Shown here: in pieces, positions 1 through 10,388 of the stretch
Layout: the number at the start of each line of letters is the position of its first letter
Position numbering within the stretch: the first letter of the stretch is position 1
Assembly (NCBI GenBank): GCA_044222065.1
Contig: JBGAOA010000054.1
Coordinates: 1 to 30,080, forward strand
Length of the DNA stretch: 30,080 bases
Direction: 5' to 3'
DNA from: Candidatus Eiseniibacteriota bacterium
GTDB lineage: Bacteria > Eisenbacteria > RBG-16-71-46
Made by a program: the position numbers and the translations under genes
The notes under the pieces: model-generated
Database searches by the model: none
What the model was told of the DNA's origin: nothing
What the model saw: only the letters and a program-made list of their open reading frames with translations

Positions 1-707
1 GGCGGATGCTCGTGGACGTCGGGATTGTCGACAAGTTCCCGCCCAAGCTGCTCGAGATCTACCGCGTGGAATCCGGCTTCTCGCTCGAATCGGCGCTCGA
101 CCGCGCCGGGCTCGCGCCCGCCGACGTGACGGACGTCGTCCTCACGCACCTCCACTTCGATCACGCCGCGGGCTCCACGCGCCGCGACGGCGAGCGCCTC
201 GTTCCCGCCCTGCCGCGCGCGCGCTACTACGTCCAGCGCCGCAACCTCGAGAACGCGCGCACGCCGAACCCGCGCGAACGCGCGTCGTACAGCCCCGAGA
301 ACTTCGAGCCGCTCGTCGAGGCGGGCGTGCTCGAGACCTGGGACGGTCCCGCGCGGCCGTGGCCGGGCATCGAGCTGATGCTCGCGAACGGCCACACGCG
401 CGGCCAGCAGCTCGTGCGGATCGAGGGCGGCGGCAGCGCCGTCACGTTCGTCACGGACATGATCCCCACCGCGGCGCACGTGCGCGTGCCGTTCGTCATG
501 GGCTACGACGTCGCCGCCATCGAGACCATGGCCGAGAAGTCCGCGATCCTCGGCCGCATCGCCGACGAGCGCTCGTGGGTGTGCCTCGAACACGATCCCG
601 AGATCGCGTTCGCGCGCCCGGTGCGCGACGGCGACGACTTCGCCTGGGCCGAGACCGTGCCCGCGAACGCCGCGGCCTTCGACCCGAGCGCCGCCGTCCG
701 CGCCTGA
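1..707 (+). CDS. MBL-fold metallo-hydrolase (5' partial)
   Basis: HxHxDH motif (THLHFDHAAG), later GHT, a conserved Asp (VTDMIP) and a C-terminal His (LEHDP). The frame is open to the left edge. Confidence 0.9.
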   Translation, partial: RMLVDVGIVDKFPPKLLEIYRVESGFSLESALDRAGLAPADVTDVVLTHLHFDHAAGSTRRDGERLVPALPRARYYVQRRNLENARTPNPRERASYSPENFEPLVEAGVLETWDGPARPWPGIELMLANGHTRGQQLVRIEGGGSAVTFVTDMIPTAAHVRVPFVMGYDVAAIETMAEKSAILGRIADERSWVCLEHDPEIAFARPVRDGDDFAWAETVPANAAAFDPSAAVRA

Positions 708-726
708 TCCCCGGAGACGTCCCCGC

Positions 727-1386
727 ATGTTCCACTCGCTGTTCGCGACCTGGTTCCACCTCACGCTGCAGTGGGGCTACGCCGGCATCTTCCTGATGAT
801 GGCGATCGAGTCCACCGTGTTCCCGCTGCCGAGCGAACTCGTCGTGCCGCCGGCCGCCTACTGGGCGAGCCAGGGCAAGTTCACGTTCTGGGGCGTCGTG
901 CTCGCCTCGACGCTCGGCTCGTGGTTCGGCTCGGCGCTCTCGTACGCGTTCGCGCGCTGGGCCGGGCGCCCGCTGATCCTCAAGTACGGCAAGTACGTGT
1001 TCGTGCCCGAGAAGAAGTGGCTGCTCGCGGAGCGCTGGATCCAGCACTACTCGGCCGGCGGCATCTTCTTCGCGCGCCTGCTCCCGGTCGTGCGGCACCT
1101 CGTGTCGCTGCCGGCCGGCGCGGCGCGCATGCCGTTCGCGATCTTCACGACCATGACCCTGCTCGGGTCCTTCGTGTGGTCGATCGTGCTCGCGTGGTTC
1201 GGTGCGAAGGTGCTCGCCGACCAGCCGACGCTCCTGAGCGATCCCGAGGCGCTCGTTCACGTGCTCAAGGACAAGCTCATCTGGTTCGTCGCGGCCGCGG
1301 TCGTGCTGCTCGGCCTGTACGTCGCGGTGGACCTGATCGGGCAGCGCCTCAAGCGCCAGGCCGCGGGCGAGGCCGAGATCCCGTGA
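727..1386 (+). CDS. dedA: DedA family membrane protein
   Basis: ESTVFPLPSE and FFARLLPVVRHLVSLPAGAARM DedA motifs, with hydrophobic helices. Confidence 0.92.
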   Translation: MFHSLFATWFHLTLQWGYAGIFLMMAIESTVFPLPSELVVPPAAYWASQGKFTFWGVVLASTLGSWFGSALSYAFARWAGRPLILKYGKYVFVPEKKWLLAERWIQHYSAGGIFFARLLPVVRHLVSLPAGAARMPFAIFTTMTLLGSFVWSIVLAWFGAKVLADQPTLLSDPEALVHVLKDKLIWFVAAAVVLLGLYVAVDLIGQRLKRQAAGEAEIP

Positions 1387-2573
1387 GCCCGCTCGCGGGC
1401 GGCGCCCTCTCGCTCGCGCTCGCGACGCTCTCCGCGGCGCCCGCCGCCACGGCGACGGCTCGGGCGCGCATCACGTTCGTCGTGACGGCGCCCGCGGGAA
1501 CCCCGGGCGACGCGACGCTGTGGATCGCCGGGAACGCCGCCGAACTCGGCGGCTGGAATCCCTCGGGGCTCCGCCTCGCGCGCGCCGCCGACGGCACGCA
1601 CCGCGCGACCGTCGAGGTCGCGCCCGGCGCGGCGCTCGAATTCAAGGTGACTCGCGGCAGCTGGGAGACGGTCGAGAAGGGCGCGGGCGGCGAGGAGCTG
1701 TCGAACCGCACGCACGCCGCCGCGGGCGACGACACGCTCGCGATCGCGGTCGCGCGCTGGCGCGACGCGGGCGGCGGCGCGCCAGCGCCGCGGCGCTCGA
1801 CGCGCACGGGCGACGTGCGCGAGCACTCCGCCTTCCCGTCGCGCTTCGTGCGCGCGCGCGACGTGCTCGTGTGGCTGCCGCCCGGCTACGACGCCGACAC
1901 GACGCGGCGCTACCCGGTGCTCTACTTCCACGACGGCCAGAACGTGTTCGACGACGCGACGAGCTTCGCTTCGGAGTGGCGCCTGGACGAGACCGCGGCG
2001 CGGCTCGTGGCGGAACGTACCGTTCCGCCGTTCATCGCGGTCGCGGTCGCGAACACGCCCGATCGCATCGCGGACTACACGCCGGTCGCGGATGCCCGGC
2101 ACGGCGGCGGTCGGCTCGACGACTACGCGCGCTTCCTCGCCGAGGAACTGAAGCCGTTCGTGGACGCGACCTACCGCACGCGCCGCGGCCCCGAGGCGAG
2201 CGGCGTCGTGGGTTCCTCGCTCGGCGGCCTCGCCTCGCTCGCGATCGCGATCCGGCGCCCCGGGACGTTCGGGCTCGTCGGCGCCGTCTCGCCGTCGGTG
2301 TGGTGGGCCGATCGTGCGATCCTCGCCGAGGCCGCGCGCGCGCCGTCGAGCCTGCGCGTGTGGCTCGACATGGGCACGGCCGAGGGCGCGAGCCCGCTCG
2401 GAGGGGACCGCAACGTGGACGACGCGCGCGCGCTGGAGGCGGCGCTGCGGCAGGCGGGACTCCCTGCGGGGCGCGTGCGCCTCGAGATCGTCGAGGGCGG
2501 CCGGCACAACGAGGCCGCGTGGTCCGCGCGGCTCGATCGCGTCCTCGTCTACCTGCTCGACGGCCTGCGCTGA
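1383..2573 (+). CDS. Exported CBM20 (starch-binding) + alpha/beta-hydrolase (putative esterase), about 396 aa
   Basis: The GTG start overlaps the dedA stop (GTGA at 1383-1386). Ala/Leu-rich signal peptide; CBM20-like segment (LWIAGNAAELGGWNP...LEFKVTRGSWETVEK); esterase motifs YPVLYFHDGQN, GSSLGG nucleophile elbow, LDMGTAE and GGRHNEAAW. Confidence 0.85.
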   Translation: MSPLAGGALSLALATLSAAPAATATARARITFVVTAPAGTPGDATLWIAGNAAELGGWNPSGLRLARAADGTHRATVEVAPGAALEFKVTRGSWETVEKGAGGEELSNRTHAAAGDDTLAIAVARWRDAGGGAPAPRRSTRTGDVREHSAFPSRFVRARDVLVWLPPGYDADTTRRYPVLYFHDGQNVFDDATSFASEWRLDETAARLVAERTVPPFIAVAVANTPDRIADYTPVADARHGGGRLDDYARFLAEELKPFVDATYRTRRGPEASGVVGSSLGGLASLAIAIRRPGTFGLVGAVSPSVWWADRAILAEAARAPSSLRVWLDMGTAEGASPLGGDRNVDDARALEAALRQAGLPAGRVRLEIVEGGRHNEAAWSARLDRVLVYLLDGLR

Positions 2574-2589
2574 CCGGCGCCGGCCGGCG

Positions 2590-2619
2590 TTGCCGCCGCG
2601 CGGCCGGGGCTGATACCTT
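2590..2619 (+). promoter_or_regulatory. Putative sigma70-type promoter of the ABC ATPase gene
   Basis: TTGCCG (2590-2595), an 18-nt spacer, then TACCTT (2614-2619) preceded by an extended -10 TG. Confidence 0.4.
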
Positions 2620-2656
2620 GCGCCGTCACCCGCAGCGACGAAACCGGGAGATCGCC

Positions 2657-3754
<1,098 letters not shown>

Positions 3755-3835
3755 CGCCGCCGCGCTCCCGAGCCTCGCGGGCCCCGCGCGCACGCCGGCG
3801 CCCGGTCGTTCACATCCACTCCCAGAGGATCCGAC

Positions 3836-4285
3836 GTGTCCGAACGCGCCGTTCGTTTCCATCGCGTCCTGAAGGCGCCGCCCGAGCGCGTCTATCGCGC
3901 GTTCCTCGATCCCGCGGCGCTCACGAAGTGGCTCCCGCCGCACGGCTTCACGTGCACCGTGCACCAGCTCGAGCCGCGCGCCGGCGGCACGTTCCGCATG
4001 AGCTTCACGAACCTGACGACCGGCGGCAGCCACTCGTTCGGCGGCGAGTACCTGGAGCTCGTCCCGAACCAGCGCATCCGCCACACCGACCGCTTCGACG
4101 ACCCGAACCTTCCTGGCGCGATGGACGTCGTGATCGCGCTCGAGGCCGTGTTCTGCGGCACGTCGCTCACGATCGTGCAGAGCGGCATTCCCGATTCGAT
4201 CCCGCTCGAGGCCTGCACGCTCGGCTGGCAGGAGTCGCTCCAGCTGCTCGCGCTGCTCGTCGAGCCCGAGATCCCGCAAGGCTGA
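3836..4285 (+). CDS. SRPBCC/AHSA1-like protein
   Basis: RVLKAPPERVYRAFLDP...KWLPP, GGEYLELVPNQRI and GWQESLQLL are typical of AHSA1/START-like proteins. GAGGA RBS upstream of the GTG. Confidence 0.88.
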   Translation: MSERAVRFHRVLKAPPERVYRAFLDPAALTKWLPPHGFTCTVHQLEPRAGGTFRMSFTNLTTGGSHSFGGEYLELVPNQRIRHTDRFDDPNLPGAMDVVIALEAVFCGTSLTIVQSGIPDSIPLEACTLGWQESLQLLALLVEPEIPQG

Positions 4286-4300
4286 CACCCGGAGGCAGCG

Positions 4301-4705
4301 ATGGCGAAGGTGATGGGCATCGGCGGCGTGTTCTTCAAGAGCCGCGGCGACGGCAAGTCGCTCGCGGCGTGGTACGAGAAGCACCTCGGACTGACGCTTT
4401 CGGAGTTCGGCGGCGCCGTGCTCAAGTGGCCGGACGACACGGGCGACGACGGCGGCCTCACCGTGTGGTGCGTCGCGAAGTCCGACAGCCGCTGGTTCAG
4501 CCCGAGCGAAGCGCCGTTCATGATCAACTACCGCGTGGACGACCTCGTCGCGCTGCTCGAACAGCTGCGCGCGGCGGGCGTGACGGTCGTCTCGGGTCCC
4601 GAGTCGCACGAGAACGGCAAGTTCGCCTGGATCCTGGATCCCGACGGCAACAAGGTCGAGCTCTGGGAACCGAAGCTCTGGGACGAGAAGAACAAGCAGG
4701 GGTGA
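4301..4705 (+). CDS. VOC/glyoxalase family protein
   Basis: GIGGVFFKS, MINYRVDDL and GKFAWILDPDGNKVELWEP motifs. GGAGG RBS. Confidence 0.9.
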   Translation: MAKVMGIGGVFFKSRGDGKSLAAWYEKHLGLTLSEFGGAVLKWPDDTGDDGGLTVWCVAKSDSRWFSPSEAPFMINYRVDDLVALLEQLRAAGVTVVSGPESHENGKFAWILDPDGNKVELWEPKLWDEKNKQG

Positions 4706-4948
4706 AGGCGGCGCGCGTCCTTCGCGGCGGCTCCCTCCGTACCTGCGGCCGCTCCGAGCGCGGGTGATCGTCGCGCGCGGGCCCATCGGCTCGCGCGGCC
4801 CGCGACGCGGCGCAACCCTGCCTGCGCCACGGAACGCCTCCGCCCGAGCGATATCCGGCTGACCGCCGCGCGAGCTTCTCGCCCTCGTGCGGGCCGGGTC
4901 GGAGATCCGCCGTCTCGCCCCTCATTCGGCCACACGTGACGATCGAGC

Positions 4949-4977
4949 GTGGCACCCGGGCCCGCAGGCGTTAGAGT
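4949..4977 (+). promoter_or_regulatory. Putative sigma70-type promoter upstream of the structured leader and the 5161 gene
   Basis: GTGGCA, a 17-nt spacer, then TAGAGT. Confidence 0.3.
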
Positions 4978-5160
4978 GCGCGCGTGCCGCGGGGTGAGAC
5001 CCGCGGCCGGTGACCCCACCCCGTACGAAGCCGTCGGCGCACTGCCCGGGCCGGATCTTCGCGGCACCGTGACCTCACGGCGCGCAGCGCACGCAGCAGG
5101 CCGAATTCCGGCCGACCACACGCGGTCCCATCCGCCGGGCAGAGTCGAAGGGAGCGTCGC

Positions 5161-6087
5161 ATGGTCGCGAAGCTTCGGGGTGCGCTGTTGCTCGGGGCGG
5201 TGCTCGCCGCCGCCGGACTCGTCTCGTGCGGGAGCGGTTCGCGCGCGACGTCGTTCGATCCCAGGGTCGCGGAGGCCGAGATCCGGAAGATCGAACACGA
5301 CTGGGCCCAGGTGGCGGTGAGCGGCGATCCGGCGGTGATCGAGGAGATCTTCGGCGACGACTTCCTCGGCGTGAGTCCGGACGGAATGCCCTACACGAAG
5401 CGCCAGTTCGTCGACGACACGAAAGCGCATCCGCTCGGCTTCACGTCGAACGAGCTGAACGACGTGAAGGTGCGTTTCTACGGCGACGTCGCGGTCGCGC
5501 AGGGCGACGAGACGTTCTCGCGCGCCGACGGCGGCCGCGCGCGCTTCGTGTGGACCGACGTGCTCGTTCGCCGCGAGAACCGCTGGAGGATCGTCGCGGC
5601 CCAGGACGCCGTCGCGCCGGTCGCGACGGACACGACGAACGCCGCGCTGTTCACGGGCGGAGCAAGCGCACCCGACGCCGTGCAGTCGATCGCGAAGACG
5701 CGTGAGGCGTACGCGGCGGCGTGGCGGGCCGGGGACGCGGCGGCGATCGCCGCGCTCTACACCGCCGACGCCCACGTGCTCTACCCCGACCGCGTCGGGA
5801 TCTCGGGGCGGCAGGCGATCCTCGCCTACTTCCGCGGCTTCTTCGGCGACTTCCCGAAGAACGCGTTCGAACTGCGCTCGGCCGAAGTCGTCGTGAACGG
5901 CGATTGGGCGTTCGACCGCGGTGTCTACCGCTGGCGCGGAACGCCCGCCGCGGGCGGCGCGCCCGAGGCGGACGACGGCAAGTACCTCGTCGTACTGCAC
6001 CGCGAGTCGGACGGCGCGTGGCGCGTGGCGCGCGACATGGACAACAGCGACCATCCGCGCGCGCAGGGGACGCGCGGCGCGAACTGA
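5161..6087 (+). CDS. Lipoprotein with two tandem NTF2-like (DUF4440/SnoaL-like) domains
   Basis: Lipobox-like LVSC. Domain 1: IFGDDFLGVSPDG...YGDVAV...WTDVLVRRENRWRIVAAQ. Domain 2: GDAAAIAALYTADA...GDWAFDRG...GKYLVVLHRESDGAWRVARD. Confidence 0.85.
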   Translation: MVAKLRGALLLGAVLAAAGLVSCGSGSRATSFDPRVAEAEIRKIEHDWAQVAVSGDPAVIEEIFGDDFLGVSPDGMPYTKRQFVDDTKAHPLGFTSNELNDVKVRFYGDVAVAQGDETFSRADGGRARFVWTDVLVRRENRWRIVAAQDAVAPVATDTTNAALFTGGASAPDAVQSIAKTREAYAAAWRAGDAAAIAALYTADAHVLYPDRVGISGRQAILAYFRGFFGDFPKNAFELRSAEVVVNGDWAFDRGVYRWRGTPAAGGAPEADDGKYLVVLHRESDGAWRVARDMDNSDHPRAQGTRGAN

Positions 6088-6118
6088 GGCGCGTGCGGGG
6101 CGCGGCGCCGCGGCGGCG

Positions 6119-7628
6119 TCAGCGCCCCGCCGCGAACGCGGCGAAGTCCACCACGGGCTGCCCGGTGAGGCGCGCGACGTTCCCGGGCACGAGGGCGAGA
6201 TCGGCGTCGGTCACGAGCGTGAGCCCGGCGAGCGGGTCTACGCCCACGCGCCGGCGGAACGACTCGCGCACGGGCGCCCACGTGAGGAGCTTCGGGTTCT
6301 CGATCACGAGCCGGGGGCGTTCGCCCTCGAGGCGCTGGTAGGCGACGAGACGCGTGACGTGGTCGTCGGCCCAGAACACGATGCCGCGCTCGAACGGAAT
6401 CGAGCGCCACACTTCGCGGATTCGAGCCTCCACCGCGGCCGTGTTCGCCGCGCGGCCGCGCGCGCCGGCGAGCGAGCCCGGCACGGCGAACGCGAGCGCC
6501 GCTGCGATGCCCGCGCACGCGAGCGACGCGACGTTCGCGCGGCCGAATCGAGCGATCGCCGCGGGGAGCGTCGCGAGGCCCGCGACGAGCGGCGCGAGCG
6601 CGTAGGCCTCGACGTCGGGCACGCCGTAGACCGCGACGAACAGGAACTGCAACGCGGCCGCGGCCGCGAGCCCGACGGCGAGCGTGCGGCACGGCCCCGC
6701 GGGGGCGGCGAAAGGGAAGCCGAGCGCGAGCAGCGTCGCGCCCGCGAGCGTCACGGCGCCGTGGACGCCGAGCGTCGCGAAGGACTCGGTGAGCGAGCGG
6801 CCGAGGTACGCGCCGGCGTAGATCGCCCCCGTGACGTGCGACCACACGCTCGCGAGCGACGGTTCGAGCAGCGGCCACTGGTAGGCCGCGGGGTGGAACG
6901 CCCGCCAGGCAATCCACCCGTAGGCGAGGAGCGGGAGGAGCGCCGCGGCCGCCGTCGTCCGAAGGAACCGTCCCGCGGCGCCGGGTCGGCCCCGCGCGGC
7001 GAGCGCGAGCGCCGCGAGCACGGGCAGCGCGAGCAGGAGCGAGGTGAGGTGGTGCGCGAGGCCGACGCCCGCGACAGTCCCACGCGCAGGTCTGCGGCGC
7101 GCGCGTCACCGTAGCGCGAGGCGCTGGCCGCGCTGAGCGAGACGAGCAGGAAGCCCGCGACCACGCGGCGTGCCACGCGTACACTTCGGCGACGGTCGCG
7201 ACCTCTAGCGCGAGCGGGTGGAAGAGCAGCGCGAGCACCGCGAGCGGCGGCGCCGCGACGCCCGCGAGCCCGCTCGCGCCGCAGGCACTCGCGAGCCGCG
7301 TCGCGAGGCGCGCGAACAGCGCGACCGCGACGCCGAAGCCCGCCGCGCTCCACAGGTTCGCGGCGTGTGGCCAGGCGAAGCCCGCGGCGTGGAGCACGCG
7401 CACGAACGCCGAGCCGAGCAGCGTGTAGAGCGGATAGCCGCTCGGGTGCGGCACGCCGCCGAGCGCGAGCGCGAGCGTGAACTCGCCGGCGTCGTACGTG
7501 CCGTAGACGCGCGGCGTGAACGCGGCGGCGAGGACGAACGCGGCGACGCCCGCGAGGGGCGCGAACGCCGCGTGGATCGCGGCGCCGGGCGCCGCCGCGT
7601 CCGCGCGCTCGACCGCCTCGCCGCTCAC
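6119..7628 (-). pseudogene. DUF2723/TMEM260-like membrane glycosyltransferase (GT-C), interrupted by frameshifts at about 7075-7162 (pseudogene or sequencing error)
   Basis: The N-terminal frame has DAGEFTLALALGGVPHPSGYPLYTLLG and AEVYAWH. A second frame reads VAGFLLVSL, and a third resumes VAGVGLAHHLTSLLLALP and runs to the stop at 6119. Confidence 0.75.
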
Positions 7629-7641
7629 CCGGGACACGTCG

Positions 7642-10311
7642 TCAGCGCGCGCCGGCCGCGCGTTCGATCTTGAACACCTTGCCGCTCGTGCCCTCGAGCG
7701 CGATGCGCGCCTTGCCCGTCCACGTGGCCGTGGCACCCGTGAGGGCGTCCGTCGCCTTCACCGTGCCGCCGAACGGCGCGAGGTCGATCACGGACTCGCC
7801 CGGCATCGCCCCCGCGTTCATCGCGACGACGAACGTCTCCTGCGCGTCGCTGCGCTGGTACGCGTACACCATGCCGGTCGCATCGAGCGTGCGGAAATCG
7901 CCGGTGCGGAGCGAAGGATGCGCGTTCCGGAGCGCGCCGAGCCTGCGGTACCACTCGAGCGTCTCGACGCGCTTCGCGTCCTGCTCGTAGGTCCAGGGAA
8001 AAGGCCGGCGATTGTCGGGGTCCTCGCCGCCTTCGAGCGCGACCTCGTCGCCGTAGTAGATCGCGGGCGCGCCGACGTAGGTCATCTGGAACAGCGCCGC
8101 GAGCCGCAGGCGCTTCAGGTCCCCGCGCGCGCGCGTCACGTAGCGCGGCTTGTCGTGGCTGCTCACGAGGTTCATCTGCGTCTCGACCGCCTGCGTCGGG
8201 TAGGCGTTGCGCCCGGCGGCGAGCGTCGCGTCGAAGTCGCGCGCGGTCCCCTCGCCCTTGCACAGGAAGCGCTCGACGGGGAAGTAGCAGTACGCGTAGT
8301 TCATCACCGCGTCGTACACGCCCGGCCGCACGTAGTCGGTCGCGCTGCCCCACAGCTCGCCCATGATGTAGGCGTCGGGCTTCGCGGACTTGACGCGCTG
8401 GTTGAAGAGCTTCCAGAACCAGTACGGCACCTCGTTCGGCACGTCGAGGCGCAGGCCGTCCACGTCGGCGTCCTTGAGCCAGTACGTCGTCGCGTCGAGC
8501 AGGTAGTTCACGAGCGCGATGTTCGGCACGGCGTCCTTCACGTCGCGCACCGGGATCTCGGCCTTGTCGTCGCGCGACAGGTCGTAGTTCAGGTCGGGCA
8601 GGTCGCCGAAGCCCCACCAGCACGCGTAGTAGTCGCCCGGCTTCCACGGACTCCCGACGTTCGGCCAGCCCGCGGGCAGCGGCCAGCGCTTGAAGTCGAA
8701 CCAGTCGTAGTACGGGCTCTGCTTGCCCTTCTCGACCGCGTCCTTGAACGCCCAGTGCGAGTTCCCGCAATGGTTGTAGACGATGTCGAGGATGACGCGG
8801 ATGCCCTTCGCGTGCGCCTCCTTCACGAACGCGATGAACTCCTCGTTCGTGCCGAAGTGCGGGTCGATCTTGCGGAAGTCCGCGGCGTCGTACTTGTGCG
8901 TGCTCTTGGCCTCGAAGATCGGGTTGAAGTAGATCGCCGAGACGCCGAGCGATTTCAGGTAATCGAGCTTCTCGCGCACGCCGGCAATGTCGCCGCCGTA
9001 GAACGCCATCCAGTCGCGGCCGCCGGGCGTCCACGCGCACTGCGACAGCGCCGCGGCGTCGTTCCAGTCCTCGACGACGTGGTAGTACTCGGTGACCTCG
9101 GGATTGATGCGCGTGCCGGGCGCCGGGGCCGTGTGCTTGCCCTCGTAGTACCACTCGTGGAAATCCTGGTCGTTCGCGGGATTCCCGTTGCGGAACCGGT
9201 CCGGGAAGATCTGGTAGATGATCGCGTTCTTCACCCACTCCGGCGTTTCGAAGGCGGGGAAGCGCTCGGGCGAGTAGGTGAACTTGCCCGCCGCGGCCTC
9301 GGTGAAGCCCGCCGGACCGAGCCACAGCGTCTTCGCGCCGTCGCGGTAGCGGAACGCGTACGGCGTCTCGCCCGCGGGCAGCGTCACGAGCGCGCGGTAG
9401 TACACGAACGCGAGGTCCTCGTTCGCGGCGCGCATCGGCGTCACCCGCTCGGCGCCGTTCGTCCACGTGACGAGGTCCACGCCCTGCACGTCGTTCTGGT
9501 GCGCGCGCGCGGTGAACTCGACGCGCCCGCCGCCCATCGCATTCACCTCGTTCGCGCCCTGCGTGTGATCGAGGCCGTCCGGGAACACCTTGCCGTCCCC
9601 GACCTTCACGGCGATCTGCGGGTAGCGCGCGTCCACGTTGCGCAGCGAGTTCTTGCCGCCGTAGCCGTCGTCCACCTCGCCGTCCTGCCCCTGGCGGTCC
9701 TGCGTCCAGCCCGTGCCGTTCACGACGAACTTGTAGGGGTAGGAGCCGGGAGCGAGCAGCAGCGTCACGGTCCAGTTGCCGTCGCCGTCGGAATCCGACA
9801 TCGGCGTCTTCGTGGTGGACCAGTCGTTGAACGCCCCCGCGAGCGCGAGCGACTGCGCCTTCGTGTCCGGCCGGTACTTGAACGTCACCTGCCGGAGCCC
9901 GAGCGGTTCGCTCGACGCCGGCTTCTTCACGACGTTCGAGCCGGCCCCGGCCACGAGCGGCTTGTCCTTGATCTCGAGCACGGCGTTCTTGCCGCCGAAG
10001 CCGTCGTCCTCGGACGCGGCCGCGGACTCGTCCGTGAACCACTGGTCGCCGTTCACGACGAACTTGTACGTGACCTTGCCCTGCGGCAGGTCGAGCACGA
10101 GTTCCCACGTGCCGTCCTTGTCCGCGTCGGCGAGCGGGTTCGCCGCCTTGTCCCAGCCGTTGAAGCTCCCGGCGACGGCGACGCTCGAGACGCCTCCGAT
10201 CACGGGGACGTAGCGGAACGTGACCTTCGTCGCGTGGGCGGGGGCGGCGCCGAGCGCCGCCGCGAGCGCGAGCGCCGCGCCGAGATGCGCGAGTCGCGAA
10301 ATGGAGTTCAT
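7642..10311 (-). CDS. Exported GH13 alpha-amylase/neopullulanase-cyclomaltodextrinase-like enzyme with two N-terminal CBM48/AMPK-type modules, about 889 aa
   Basis: Signal peptide (ALAAALGAAPAHA). GH13 regions IYQIFPDRF, GGDIAGV, HKYD, LDIVYNH, DGLRLDVPNEV (nucleophile Asp), IMGELW (acid/base Glu), SSHDKPR and GAPAIYYGDE. The GAGGA RBS favours ATG 10311. Confidence 0.93.
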   Translation of the reverse strand: MNSISRLAHLGAALALAAALGAAPAHATKVTFRYVPVIGGVSSVAVAGSFNGWDKAANPLADADKDGTWELVLDLPQGKVTYKFVVNGDQWFTDESAAASEDDGFGGKNAVLEIKDKPLVAGAGSNVVKKPASSEPLGLRQVTFKYRPDTKAQSLALAGAFNDWSTTKTPMSDSDGDGNWTVTLLLAPGSYPYKFVVNGTGWTQDRQGQDGEVDDGYGGKNSLRNVDARYPQIAVKVGDGKVFPDGLDHTQGANEVNAMGGGRVEFTARAHQNDVQGVDLVTWTNGAERVTPMRAANEDLAFVYYRALVTLPAGETPYAFRYRDGAKTLWLGPAGFTEAAAGKFTYSPERFPAFETPEWVKNAIIYQIFPDRFRNGNPANDQDFHEWYYEGKHTAPAPGTRINPEVTEYYHVVEDWNDAAALSQCAWTPGGRDWMAFYGGDIAGVREKLDYLKSLGVSAIYFNPIFEAKSTHKYDAADFRKIDPHFGTNEEFIAFVKEAHAKGIRVILDIVYNHCGNSHWAFKDAVEKGKQSPYYDWFDFKRWPLPAGWPNVGSPWKPGDYYACWWGFGDLPDLNYDLSRDDKAEIPVRDVKDAVPNIALVNYLLDATTYWLKDADVDGLRLDVPNEVPYWFWKLFNQRVKSAKPDAYIMGELWGSATDYVRPGVYDAVMNYAYCYFPVERFLCKGEGTARDFDATLAAGRNAYPTQAVETQMNLVSSHDKPRYVTRARGDLKRLRLAALFQMTYVGAPAIYYGDEVALEGGEDPDNRRPFPWTYEQDAKRVETLEWYRRLGALRNAHPSLRTGDFRTLDATGMVYAYQRSDAQETFVVAMNAGAMPGESVIDLAPFGGTVKATDALTGATATWTGKARIALEGTSGKVFKIERAAGAR

Positions 10312-10325
10312 GGGCACCGGTCCTC

Positions 10326-10346
10326 GCGCGGCTCAGGGAGCCGCGC
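10326..10346. other. Perfect 9-bp hairpin next to the RBS of the GH13 gene
   Basis: GCGCGGCTC-AGG-GAGCCGCGC. Confidence 0.4.
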
Positions 10347-10388
10347 ACGTCGGGTGAGCGGACGGCGCGGGACGCGCCGCCCGGAACG

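Noticed and set aside
4984..5070. c-di-AMP (ydaO) riboswitch, 6S RNA or tRNA
   Set aside because: Only a few short words resemble these families. The conserved cores and the tRNA T-loop are missing.
5925..7736. 603-aa ORF as an intact protein
   Set aside because: Only the part up to about 7162 is DUF2723-like. The remainder is off-frame sequence that overlaps the convergent gene ending at 6087.
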